Below, piece after piece: positions 18,631 through 28,550 of a stretch of DNA of 64,000 nucleotides. Numbering within the stretch: the stretch's first letter is position 1; the number at the start of each line of letters is the position of its first letter. The position numbers and the translations under genes were made by a program. This stretch comes from an uncultured Spirochaetota bacterium. GTDB lineage: Bacteria > Spirochaetota > B62-G9 > DRHN01. The notes beneath the pieces were generated by a model. The model ran no database searches. It was given only the letters and a program-made list of their open reading frames with translations, and had not been told where the DNA came from. Location: positions 2,643 to 66,642 of the forward strand of contig CAYRKG010000020.1 of NCBI GenBank assembly GCA_964424795.1, given 5' to 3'.

Positions 18631-20154
18631 TTATGAAGAAATCTTTCTATAAACATCTTTTAATGCATTGAATAGTTCTCTATATATCTCAATATACTTA
18701 ACATATTTTTCATCTTCTCCAGGGGTTGGTTCTACTTTAATATTACTTTTTATAAAATTTTTTATAGAATCTTTATAATTCTTAAATAAACCTGTAGAGT
18801 ATCCAGCAATCATTGCTGAACCTAATGTTGACAGGTCACTTCTGAATAAATTTTGATAAGGTATCTGTAAAATATCAGCCTTAATCTGCATCCAAAGCTT
18901 ACTATGAGCACCACTTCCAATTGCAGTTACCACTTTTAAATCCAATTCAGGTACAAGATCTTTTATAATCTCCCTGGTTAAATAATGATCATAGGCTATT
19001 GATTCGAGTATAGATCTGTAAAAATGTATTTTTTTATGTGCCCATGTATGTCCAATGAAAAGTCCCCTTATGTCTGAATCAGCGGGGAAAAATCTACCTT
19101 GTAAATAATCTATAGCAATAAGCCCATCAGAACCTGGTTGAAGTTTTTCTGCTTTTTCATCCAGGTAATTGTAAATATTACTTCCGCTTTCTTCTATATT
19201 TTCTTTGGTTTCCATAAAAAACTCATCAATAAACCATTTATGAGTTCTGCCACCTAAAACAACTGACATTAAATAATAATTATTACCTATTGCTGATTTC
19301 ATACAGGCAAGGGTTTTATTTTTCTTATCATATTTATACTTATCTATACATGTCCCTAATATACACGCTGTTCCAGTAACATCAACCATCTGTCCAGTGT
19401 TAAGTATACCTGCACCTACAAAACCTGCAGCCTGATCACCACATCCAGCACAAATTGGAATACCACTTGGTAGTCCTGTGTCATTAGAAGTTTTTTTAGT
19501 TGTCTCACCAATTATATCAGTTGATTTGATTATTTTAGGAAGCTTTTTTATATCAATCTGCAATTTATCACATAGCTCTTGAGACCACTCTGACTTCTTT
19601 AAATCACATAATCCAGAAAAGCATAAAAAACTCTCATCTATAAAAGCATCAACACTTGAAAGACCGGCCAATTTTCCTGCCACAAATGCAGAAGGCTGAA
19701 TAAATTTATAAATATCTTTCCATTCATTTTTTTTCTTCCAGTATAAAATTTTATTTCCATATGTGGAAAAAGAACCATTTTTTTCCAATATTAAATCACC
19801 AAAGTTTTCATACATATATTTGTTTTCAGCAGAACTCCTGATATCAAGAGGGGTATCGTAATAGGTAACCGGATTAAAACTTTTATCTATGGTCATAATA
19901 CCACCCATCTGGCTATCAATTGAAATACCTGAAATATTTTTTTTATCTATATTTGAACTGTAAATACTCTTTCTAATAAGCTCACACGTTATTGTATAAA
20001 AATCAAAAGCATTCTGTTCTGCTTCACCAGATTTCGGGTAAATAACTTCCATCTCTTTTTGTTCTTCTGAAATAACCCCTCCATTCTCATCATAAATTGC
20101 ACATTTTGCCAAGGTTGTACCAAGATCAATTCCTATTAAATACCTTATGGACAT
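18631..20154 (-). CDS. FGGY-family carbohydrate kinase
   Basis: YLIGIDLGTTLAKCAIYDENG N-terminal ATPase motif and GGGAHS-type C-terminal motifs. I place the start at the ATG at 20152-20154 with a GGAGG RBS (track start 20190 is unlikely). Confidence 0.85.
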   Translation of the reverse strand: MSIRYLIGIDLGTTLAKCAIYDENGGVISEEQKEMEVIYPKSGEAEQNAFDFYTITCELIRKSIYSSNIDKKNISGISIDSQMGGIMTIDKSFNPVTYYDTPLDIRSSAENKYMYENFGDLILEKNGSFSTYGNKILYWKKKNEWKDIYKFIQPSAFVAGKLAGLSSVDAFIDESFLCFSGLCDLKKSEWSQELCDKLQIDIKKLPKIIKSTDIIGETTKKTSNDTGLPSGIPICAGCGDQAAGFVGAGILNTGQMVDVTGTACILGTCIDKYKYDKKNKTLACMKSAIGNNYYLMSVVLGGRTHKWFIDEFFMETKENIEESGSNIYNYLDEKAEKLQPGSDGLIAIDYLQGRFFPADSDIRGLFIGHTWAHKKIHFYRSILESIAYDHYLTREIIKDLVPELDLKVVTAIGSGAHSKLWMQIKADILQIPYQNLFRSDLSTLGSAMIAGYSTGLFKNYKDSIKNFIKSNIKVEPTPGEDEKYVKYIEIYRELFNALKDVYRKISS

Positions 20155-20301
20155 TTTTAACCTCCATCTTGAATAATAGGTGAGTGTCAAGTTTTTAGCA
20201 AATAGATAAAGGGTAAATTATTGAAAAATTATAATTTTTCGTAAAATATAATGATTATTTCTATTAAGGTTAAAAACTCGAAGTTTACTATAATAAAAAT
20301 G

Positions 20302-21828
20302 TCAGGAACGAATTTTATTATAAAACTTTTTCATTTCATCATCAGAATCAATCCTCACAACAGGAATGCTATATTCTCTACATGCTATTTCAATTTCCTT
20401 TGTGACATCACCTAAAGTTGCACTTATATGATTTGCTCCAATAACCTTTACAAAATTTTCTGCTTTGATTCCCAGATCAACTACTAGCTTACCCCATGCG
20501 TGTCCCAGGTGACAGTTTAATCTTTTTCCTAGTTTTGAGGTCAAAAAATTCTTAGCATCGAGGGCCCTCCCCTTACCAAGCTGCATAAAGTATCTACCTT
20601 TAATACGAGTGATCCTTGCAACAGTAATTTCTGGAGCTTCAACTCCATAATAACTGAAAGCTGCACCAGAAACTCCATGTATATTTCCTTGAGCCTTAAT
20701 ATTTTTCAATACATCTCTGGCTTTTAAAGAATTCTTTGCCCAAAAGACTGATCCCGCACCACAATTAGCAAATTCTATATGATCATCATCTATAGATATT
20801 AGGTCACCAAATGCTGGAGGCACATCAGGATTTATTGCATGGAGGAGCATGGAGGTCAGCAAACCCTTTATATCACCTTCACATACAGTGGGATATATCT
20901 GCTGTTCACCATTCTCATTTTCAGCAAAGGGTAAAAAAGCTGGTAGTGTACAGGCATTTACACCATATTCAGAATATATTTCTGGTTGGCATTTTATCGA
21001 AACCCCTCTGATATTTTCATATTTCAGCTCTTCAAGTCTATCTCTTGCTGCAAGTAATAGAGCAACCTGTTTTGCAAACGTTTCTTTCGTCAACATCTTA
21101 TCATCGTAAATAATTTTTAGTTTATTGTTTTCTATCCAATTTATAAAAGATCTAATTCTGTCAGGCTGATTTTTTATAATCTTTTCAGCTCTGCTTACAA
21201 GTATATATTGATCTTCATTCAATACATCTCTCACCATAAAAATTTTTAATCTGGGTATGTCATCCTGAAGCTGTTCCATTTTTACAGCATAGGTACCTCC
21301 CCAGAGAAGCAGTGCGCTTTCACGCATATGCGAAACAGCAGTAATGGCTTTTATCCATGTCAACATTTCATTTTTATTACCAAAGTTTCTCTCATGGGTA
21401 AGAGCATATCTATTCACACCCCATTCCATTAAGCTTGCACATGTAGCACTTAATTGGGAAAGCGAGCCGGATAATGGGTTATTTTCACTATAATACATAA
21501 ATGGCTTTGCAAATTTTCTTACAAATTCCATTATAAGCATAGGAGGAGACCATGTCCAGGCTCCAATAATAGCAGCATCAATTTCATACCTCGATAAAAT
21601 AGATATTAAATTATCAATATCTTTTAAATTTCTCACTCCATACCATATTGAATTTGCTTTTCTCAATTCATGTAAGGGATCGTACACGATAACATTATTA
21701 ACAGTGAGAAATTTTTTTAATTCCTCCTGTTTGAGACGAAGATGTTTCTCTACTCTTTCAGAAGATATTCCAACATCTCTATCGTCTGTAAAAGTTAAAA
21801 TAGCAATCCTTGGTTTGCTAGCAGTCAT
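20302..21828 (-). CDS. L-fucose isomerase-like (FucI/AraA superfamily) sugar isomerase
   Basis: PRIAILTFTDDRD at the N-terminus and VIGANHISATLGD...IPVV near the C-terminus parallel the PKIGIRPVIDGR and WGANHGVLTIGH...IPVC blocks of E. coli FucI. About 500 aa. Confidence 0.6.
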   Translation of the reverse strand: MTASKPRIAILTFTDDRDVGISSERVEKHLRLKQEELKKFLTVNNVIVYDPLHELRKANSIWYGVRNLKDIDNLISILSRYEIDAAIIGAWTWSPPMLIMEFVRKFAKPFMYYSENNPLSGSLSQLSATCASLMEWGVNRYALTHERNFGNKNEMLTWIKAITAVSHMRESALLLWGGTYAVKMEQLQDDIPRLKIFMVRDVLNEDQYILVSRAEKIIKNQPDRIRSFINWIENNKLKIIYDDKMLTKETFAKQVALLLAARDRLEELKYENIRGVSIKCQPEIYSEYGVNACTLPAFLPFAENENGEQQIYPTVCEGDIKGLLTSMLLHAINPDVPPAFGDLISIDDDHIEFANCGAGSVFWAKNSLKARDVLKNIKAQGNIHGVSGAAFSYYGVEAPEITVARITRIKGRYFMQLGKGRALDAKNFLTSKLGKRLNCHLGHAWGKLVVDLGIKAENFVKVIGANHISATLGDVTKEIEIACREYSIPVVRIDSDDEMKKFYNKIRS

Positions 21829-22162
21829 TATCTTCTCCTTAAATTTGAAAAATTATTTTCCCTTACTTCTCTGAAGTAATGTATCAAACTATATATAAAA
21901 GTTCATCTGGTTATTGGGTACTTTTAATAAAAAAATAGGACATAGATATAACCTCCTAATTTATAAGCAAACAAACAAGGAGGAAAACCATGTCCAAAAG
22001 TTTATTGTACAAAGGATTTGGTAGAAGAGATAAAAAGGGCCACTTTCGATTTTTAGAAGATAATAGGTGAACGAAAAAAAATACAGAAGTACCGGAAAAC
22101 CCAAGGTTGTAGAGAACTTCGTTGCCTAATTAATTCTTGTTGAATAATTACCATTACGTCAT

Positions 22163-23093
22163 ATGACAAAATATCTAAAAAAGCCATCTAGCACCTCCGA
22201 AAATATTAAAAATATGGATGGGAGGTACTGGATTATCAAAAAATATGATGTGCAGAAAAGACAAGCTTTTCAGAGGATGAAGGATAAAACTGAAGAGCAA
22301 TCCTTCACCAACTATATTTATAAAAATACTAATCTTTCACATATAGAATCTCAAGTAGTTTTTGAGCAGTTTTCAAAATCTTTTCTTAATAATAATCAGC
22401 AGAGGTTGAGTACAATGCAACCGATTTTTATTGCGACTAAGATAGGAGCGAAACCGGGTATAAAGCTCGCTGAATCTGACTATGAGGAGGTTATCAGTAC
22501 ATTGCACAATCGGGAAGATGATGAGATCCAGGAAGATCCTGCTGAGTTTTGAACAAAATATAATTTTGGGAATATTGAATCTACAACTGCAGTAAGAAGG
22601 AACAAGCTGCTACGGATCTCTGAGGAGGTATACAAACAGAGATGTGTATTAACAGAAGAGGACCTTGTATATAAGATTTTGAATTTTAGAATAAGGACAA
22701 TACAGAGGGATATTGCAACGTTTAAGAAAGCAGGTGTAAATATCTCGATACATGGGGTGGTGTGTGATATTGGGAGGTCGATCAGTCACTAGGTGGGGGC
22801 AGTGAAGGGATTACTTGAAGGAAAAGGCTAGACTCTATTGCCCGGAGAATATACCATTCACCAACAGCTGTGGGGCGCTATCTAGGTAAGTTCATACAGA
22901 TTTACTGGCAATAGAGAAGGGATTGAAGGAGCCTGAGATAAGTTTTTTGACCTCGATATCATATTCGTTTATAAGGGAATACAGGGAGTTATATAAGAGG
23001 GCGAAGCAGGAAAACAGGCTTGGGCTGGTAGCAGATTATATGAAAGGGGGCAAGATTATCCCCCCAAAAAAATGGCAGGGGGGGATAAGATGA
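22163..23093 (+). pseudogene. DUF1670-family gene disrupted by in-frame stops and frameshifts
   Basis: The reading is continuous only if frames are switched: ...CVLTEEDLVYKILNFRIRTIQRDIATFKKAGVNISIHGVVCDIGRSISH* / DSIARRIYHSPTAVGRYLGKFIQIYWQ* / EKGLKEPEISFLTSISYSFIREYRELYKRAKQENRLGLVADYMKGGK. There are at least 3 stops and 2 frame changes. Confidence 0.65.
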
Positions 23094-23415
23094 TGAATAA
23101 AATAATTACAACGTGTATCAGAATATTGAGCAAAAGACATTTAGGTTATCCCTCTTTCAGTTTGTGAAGGGGAGTATGAGTTCATGATGTGAACCTGGCG
23201 CTTGAACGGTTTTGTAAGGATGTTGAGGGACTTGTTGAGAAATATTATCCGAAGAGGGATCAAAAAAAGGAAGTTAAAGAAAAAGTAATGGAGTTAATAA
23301 AATTATACAATTCAGAAGGAAAGGCATCCTGATTTTACGGTTATAGGCAAGATACCATGGATCAGAGGATAGAAACATCAATCTATTAATTCTCTACCCT
23401 CTATCTGTTATTATC

Positions 23416-24501
23416 TCATATATCAATTGGATAATTCCCATACCTTTTCACTGTATCGTAAAAGGCCATAATATTCTCTATTGGTACCTGTGGCTGAACA
23501 TTATGTGCCGGCCCAAGTATCAATCCCCCGCCTGGAGCAACTGTTTTCAGTCTCAGTTTAGTTTCTTTTATAACATCTTCTACTTTACCAAATGGCATGG
23601 TTCCCTGATTATCAATAGTACCCCAGAAGGCTAACTCTTTTCCAAACTTTTTCTTCAGTATCCCCGGGTCCATTGATTTCGGCTGCACGGGATTCAGAAT
23701 ATTCACCCCAACATCTATTAAATCCTGTAAAATCGGGATATTATATCCATCAGTATGGAATGCAAACTTGATATCTGGATTAATACCCCTCAGATGGGAA
23801 AAAAGCTTTTCATAGCGCGGCTTGAAGAATTCCCGGAACAGATCTGGAGATATGAGCATTCTGTCCTGTGCCCCAAAATCATCTCCTATCCAGATAATAT
23901 CAACTCCGTATGAAACCAATACGGTACTTGCATCCCAAACCCAGGTGAGGAGTTTATCGAGATAGGCATGAAGGAAATCCTTATTCAAAACCATATCCTC
24001 AAGAACCTTATCCATTCCCCTTAGATACCATGAAAGCTCGAAGAGAGTACATGCAAGCCCGCCCATAATTCCGTATTCTTTTCCATATCTATCTATCATT
24101 TCCCTGGAATCTCTGTACCGGCATTCATCTTTAAAGTCGGGTATCTTCAATGAATCGAGATCATCCGTATTGGCCATTGGATGCTCAACCATTTCGGTAT
24201 ACCTGTTTCCTGTCTCTGTATCAATCCATCTCCACCCTATACCCCACTCGTCGTAGTACTCTGGAGTATCTTCTAAATAATAGCTGGTACATGGACCAAT
24301 CCATGTAATTAGAAGATCATGATCCATTAGATGAGGCAGATAGCCTCCATCAGCTGCATATAACGATAATTTCTCCGTATCTTCACCCAGGTGTTTTAAA
24401 ACCTTCTTCTCCGCCTCTGGTGTATACCATACATCAATAGGAACCCTATCTGGCTCTTCATGGTTTATGGCCATTAACAATCTCTCTTTATGAGTCATCA
24501 T
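23416..24501 (-). CDS. Uroporphyrinogen decarboxylase (URO-D) family protein, paralogue 2
   Basis: THKERLLMAINHEEPDRVPID at the N-terminus, DDFGAQDRMLISP, and a C-terminal GPAHNVQPQVPIENIMAFYDTVKRYG, all typical of URO-D/MtaA-like enzymes. Confidence 0.8.
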   Translation of the reverse strand: MMTHKERLLMAINHEEPDRVPIDVWYTPEAEKKVLKHLGEDTEKLSLYAADGGYLPHLMDHDLLITWIGPCTSYYLEDTPEYYDEWGIGWRWIDTETGNRYTEMVEHPMANTDDLDSLKIPDFKDECRYRDSREMIDRYGKEYGIMGGLACTLFELSWYLRGMDKVLEDMVLNKDFLHAYLDKLLTWVWDASTVLVSYGVDIIWIGDDFGAQDRMLISPDLFREFFKPRYEKLFSHLRGINPDIKFAFHTDGYNIPILQDLIDVGVNILNPVQPKSMDPGILKKKFGKELAFWGTIDNQGTMPFGKVEDVIKETKLRLKTVAPGGGLILGPAHNVQPQVPIENIMAFYDTVKRYGNYPIDI

Positions 24502-24791
24502 GCGCCCCTATAAATGGCTTTTATAGTATCATTCTAAAACATTTTTCGTAAAAACCATATTACAAGAAATATACTTGATTAGATAACAATATTTTAATTA
24601 AGACATCAGTAGAGCCTGACAAAATACTTAAATAAAAAATTATAATAAATAATTACAGCACCATAAAATCCAAGCAAATAATAGAGTGAGTTTACATTGC
24701 CCTGAGCAAACAACACATGCTGTCTCAAAACACACCCTCCTGCAAAGGTAGAAACAATGCCGATTAACCATCCTCCTATACAAGAAGGCAT

Positions 24792-25190
24792 TCTATTACC
24801 CCAATTGCAATGGCATTATTTACTGCTACTATAGCTGAAGGTATCTGGATGAGCATTCGCGTGAGTCTTAGTTCATCGTTATATACAAAATCAGAGCTTG
24901 TTACAATCATTATATAACCAGTCTGTTTTGAGGCTATTTCAATTCCTTTCGCAACCTCTGTAAAAAAAGGATTAATGATATCCTCTAATACAAAACCAAT
25001 GGTATTGATCTTTTTCTTGGTTAGGCTATGTGCAATATAGTTTAGTTGTAATTGAGCTTATCAACAGACTCAAGAACTCTTTTTTGGTTTTTTCACTTAT
25101 TTTAGAGGAATTATTTAAAACCCTGGATACAGTAGATTTCGATACCCCTGCCATTTTTGCGACATCACTAATTGTAGGAACTTCTTCCAT
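24792..25190 (-). pseudogene. LacI-family transcriptional regulator remnant (frameshifted, internally deleted, truncated)
   Basis: The HTH is intact: MEEVPTISDVAKMAGVSKSTVSRVLNNSSKISEKTKKRVLESVDKLNYN*. It then continues in another frame (LNYIAHSLTKKKINTIGFVLEDIINPFFTEVAKGIEIASKQTGYIMIV...) and stops after about 130 aa in total. LacI proteins are about 330 aa. Confidence 0.7.
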
Positions 25191-25501
25191 CTGTATTTAC
25201 CTAACTATAAATTACAATTTAATAGGCAACCAATTTCATAAAAATATCATTTTTATCGGTAAAAAGGTTATTTTAAGAAGAATACTATTTAATAATATAG
25301 ATATCAATTATAATAATTATAGAATTTATTTGAGAATTGTTATTTATTGAACAAATTTAATCTACCCTTAACTATATAACTGCTTACACTATTTTGTTTT
25401 ACAATAGTTACTTTGTCAAGAAAGAAATTCTCTCGAATCTATAAGAAATGATTATCTCCTTTTCAGGATTCATATATTAATTTCAAAGGAGTTTTAGCAA
25501 G

Positions 25502-25712
25502 ATGATTAGACTTGTCTGTGTATACTGTTCTTCAAGCAAAAAGATAGAGTGCATATAATTTGCCCGTGCTGTGTAAATCGGAGAAGGAATAGCACGAAAT
25601 ATTCTGAACCTTGTTTATGAAGATGGTAATCTATGATTAATGCACACACAGGCTGAATCTGTAAACACCAATGGAGGCAAGGATATTGGGATTAACTTGT
25701 CCATATTAAGTA
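25502..25712 (+). pseudogene. LOG/TIGR00730-family (Rossmann fold lysine-decarboxylase-like) gene remnant
   Basis: MIRLVCVYCSSSKKIE, then a shifted frame FARAV*IGEGIARNILNLVYEDGNL*LMHTQAESVNTNGGKDIGI. This follows the family pattern A..lG..lA.....LVYGGG..GLMG..A.....GG..iGi but contains stops. Confidence 0.5.
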
Positions 25713-25802
25713 TTTAATTGAGTATACACCGACAAGAATTCCTGAAAAGTGGTAAAGAAGAATTCCCTATTTATCAACATTCGAATTTATTATACTTCTC
25801 CT

Positions 25803-26660
25803 ATGACTTGGTTCATCTTGGCATTGGGGGCTTCAGTATTTTGGGCCTGCGGACAGGTCTTAATAAAAAAGGGATTTGAAAATATACCACCTCTTTGGAA
25901 CAACATCTTCTCCAATTTTCTTTTACTTTTTATCTATTTAATACCAGCGTTACTGCTAAGTAATTTTAGAATTACAATTCCTTCCCTACCAATATTCTTT
26001 ATCATCTTGGTAGCGGCATCATTTTACCTTACATTCTACTATGCAATATCCAAGGGCGAGATCTCACTTACAGGAACAGTTGTCGCAGGTTATCCTGTTA
26101 CAACGATCCTTCTGGCATATCTATTTCTTGGTGAAAGATTGGCAGCGTTTCAGTTTGTTGGGGTTTGTTTTGTAATAGCAGGAGTTGTTTTAGTGGCAAT
26201 GCCTGAAATGGATAAGGCCAAAGAGAGTAAAGATTTCTCATGGTTTAAATGGGGGCTTTCAGCTTCAGTATTAATAGGAGCAGGGGATTTCCTGACAAAG
26301 CTCTCAATTAACAATATAGGATCATACTCCTATATATTTTTCCTGGCAGTAATTTCAAATCCTCTCTCATTCTTTAACTATCTTATAGATATGAGGAGCA
26401 GGGCCTTTCCAAGTATCCGGGAGAAAAAGGTTCTATTTACATTTATTGGTATAATTGCTGTATTAACAGGCTCATTACTATTTTTTTTATCCTTTGATTA
26501 TGGAAAGGTTTCATTGATTACCCCTGTTTCTTCCATCTATCCAGCACTGACTGCTCTGCTTGCAGTTCGCTTTTTACATGAAAAGATAACACTGAAACAG
26601 TGTATTGGGATCGCTGTTACTGTTGTTGGTTTAATTTTGATTGGTTTCAGCTCGGTCTAG
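25803..26660 (+). CDS. EamA/DMT-family transporter
   Basis: About 10 TM segments in two EamA-like halves. I place the start at the ATG at 25803 (MTWFILALGASVFWACGQVLIKKG). Confidence 0.8.
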   Translation: MTWFILALGASVFWACGQVLIKKGFENIPPLWNNIFSNFLLLFIYLIPALLLSNFRITIPSLPIFFIILVAASFYLTFYYAISKGEISLTGTVVAGYPVTTILLAYLFLGERLAAFQFVGVCFVIAGVVLVAMPEMDKAKESKDFSWFKWGLSASVLIGAGDFLTKLSINNIGSYSYIFFLAVISNPLSFFNYLIDMRSRAFPSIREKKVLFTFIGIIAVLTGSLLFFLSFDYGKVSLITPVSSIYPALTALLAVRFLHEKITLKQCIGIAVTVVGLILIGFSSV

Positions 26661-26663
26661 TTA

Positions 26664-27278
26664 TTACTTTCCTTTAATCAACTTTTCTGTAAGCACACTC
26701 CCCACAAAAGCGCATACATCTGTTGGTAGATAATGGTTTGCCGAGGCGTCAAATAATACCTGTGAAGAAGGCGGAAACTCTTCATCTCCACCCCAGTAAA
26801 CTGCTATTAAATAAAATCTTGGCAGAGCCTGAAAAGAAAAAGATAGATCTCCAAAGTTTTCAGAAACTCCCCCTAAGGAAAGAGCTGAGCTTTTAAATGC
26901 CTTCAAATCATTCTTGAATGCTCTTACAAGCCTGTTTCCTGTATATCCCTGATATGCATGCTTATAGAAGCCACCATTGGGGAGCTCTGATAAGGATATC
27001 CAGTGAGATTCTCTCTCCTTTCCATCTGAGAGGAAATAGTATAAAAAAACTGTCTGTATTATATCGGGTATCACTTTCTCTGTACTGGCATTTATCATCG
27101 TGAAATCTGGGAAGGCTACAATAACCTTATCCTTAAAGAAATTTAGATGAAACTCTTTTTTACCTTCTTGTGTTAAATAATATGTAGAGCCTGTATGATC
27201 TGCAAGAACAAGCGGGTCCATGCTTTTCAAATCATTACGCATCTTTGCAATAGTCTGAATCTTTATATCAATTTCCAT
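26664..27278 (-). CDS. DUF3786-domain protein
   Basis: WISLSELPNGGFYKHAYQG..., ALPRFYLIAVYWGGDEEFPPSSQVLFDASANHYLPTDV matches the conserved DUF3786 blocks as I remember them. Confidence 0.65.
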   Translation of the reverse strand: MEIDIKIQTIAKMRNDLKSMDPLVLADHTGSTYYLTQEGKKEFHLNFFKDKVIVAFPDFTMINASTEKVIPDIIQTVFLYYFLSDGKERESHWISLSELPNGGFYKHAYQGYTGNRLVRAFKNDLKAFKSSALSLGGVSENFGDLSFSFQALPRFYLIAVYWGGDEEFPPSSQVLFDASANHYLPTDVCAFVGSVLTEKLIKGK

Positions 27279-27431
27279 TAATAGAAATGATAATTTATAA
27301 TCTCTGTAACGTCAAGGTAAGGAAAGGCTTGCAATGCAGGATTTGAAGGATTTTAAGATAATGAAAAATTAATATCCACTATCTTTCAAATAGATTAGAC
27401 AGTATATTAGCAAGGAAGAGGGAGAATTTAT

Positions 27432-28550
27432 ATGTCCTTAAAAATATTTCTTATAGCAGATGTACACTTAGGAATGAAGTTCGCCTCCTATCAAGAGGTA
27501 CAGGAAAAGCTGAGTGAGGCACGGTTCAAAACACTTGAAAACTGTATAAATTTGGCGAATGAAGGGAGATGTGACCTTTTTGTTGTGGCAGGTGATCTTT
27601 TTGACAAAATATCTGTAACAAAAGCAGATATAATCCGTGCTGCAAAGATTATCTGTGATTTTCAGGGTCGTCTCGCTGCTCTCCTTCCAGGCAACCACGA
27701 TTATTATTCAACCGGAAAGAATGATATATGGACTCTGTTTCTTGAAAATGCAGGTGATAATATTCTAGTCTTAAAAGAGAGAGAGATCTACAGTTTGAAC
27801 CACTTCGACCTGGACGTAAATCTATACCCTGCAGCCTGTGACGCTAAACATTCAAAGAAAAATCATCTGGATTGGATAAAGGAATCAAAGAGAGATCAGA
27901 ATATCAAATACCACATTGGCATTGCCCACGGAAGCCTCGAAGGATTTTCACCAGATTTTAATGAGGAGTTTTTCCCAATGACACTGGAAGAACTTCTAGA
28001 ATGCAAACTTGATCTATGGCTTTTGGGACATACACATGTTCAGTATCCTGATAAAGAGGGCACTCATGATAAGATTTTTTATCCAGGTACACCTGAGCCT
28101 GATGGTTTTGACTGCAATCATGAGGGAAAGGCATGGCTTATCTGTCTGGATGATGAAAAAAGAGTCATTCCCAGATCCCTATCCACAGGAAGCTATCGCT
28201 TCTATCATGAATCAGTGGAGCTTAAAACTATGGTAGATCTTGAAAATTTGAAGAAAAGATATTCATCGCCTGAACATGCCAAAAGCCTTTTGAAGCTCAA
28301 ACTGAGAGGTAGTCTCCCAAAAGAGATATACAATGGTATTCAAGATATTGAAAAAAAAATAGAAGAGAGGCTTTTTTATCTATATCATCCAGTAGACATA
28401 AGTGAACTGACTGAAGAAATTTCTATCAAAGATATAGACAGAGAGTTTACAGAAGGATCATTCCCCCATAAACTCCTGACTGAACTTTCAGATAATAGAG
28501 ACTTTGATGGCCTACAGATCGCTTTTGAGATGATTCAAGAGGCAAAATGA
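27432..28550 (+). CDS. SbcD/Mre11-like metallophosphoesterase (YhaO-type DNA repair exonuclease)
   Basis: Calcineurin-like phosphoesterase motifs IADVHLG, VVAGDLFD, PGNHD and LGHTH. Confidence 0.8.
   Translation: MSLKIFLIADVHLGMKFASYQEVQEKLSEARFKTLENCINLANEGRCDLFVVAGDLFDKISVTKADIIRAAKIICDFQGRLAALLPGNHDYYSTGKNDIWTLFLENAGDNILVLKEREIYSLNHFDLDVNLYPAACDAKHSKKNHLDWIKESKRDQNIKYHIGIAHGSLEGFSPDFNEEFFPMTLEELLECKLDLWLLGHTHVQYPDKEGTHDKIFYPGTPEPDGFDCNHEGKAWLICLDDEKRVIPRSLSTGSYRFYHESVELKTMVDLENLKKRYSSPEHAKSLLKLKLRGSLPKEIYNGIQDIEKKIEERLFYLYHPVDISELTEEISIKDIDREFTEGSFPHKLLTELSDNRDFDGLQIAFEMIQEAK

Noticed and set aside
20265-20290. A 16-mer, TTAAAAACTCGAAGTT, shared with 36055-36070.
   Set aside because: There are only two short copies. 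The second is simply one arm of a terminator-like hairpin, and the first has no partner arm. This is insufficient to call a repeat family.
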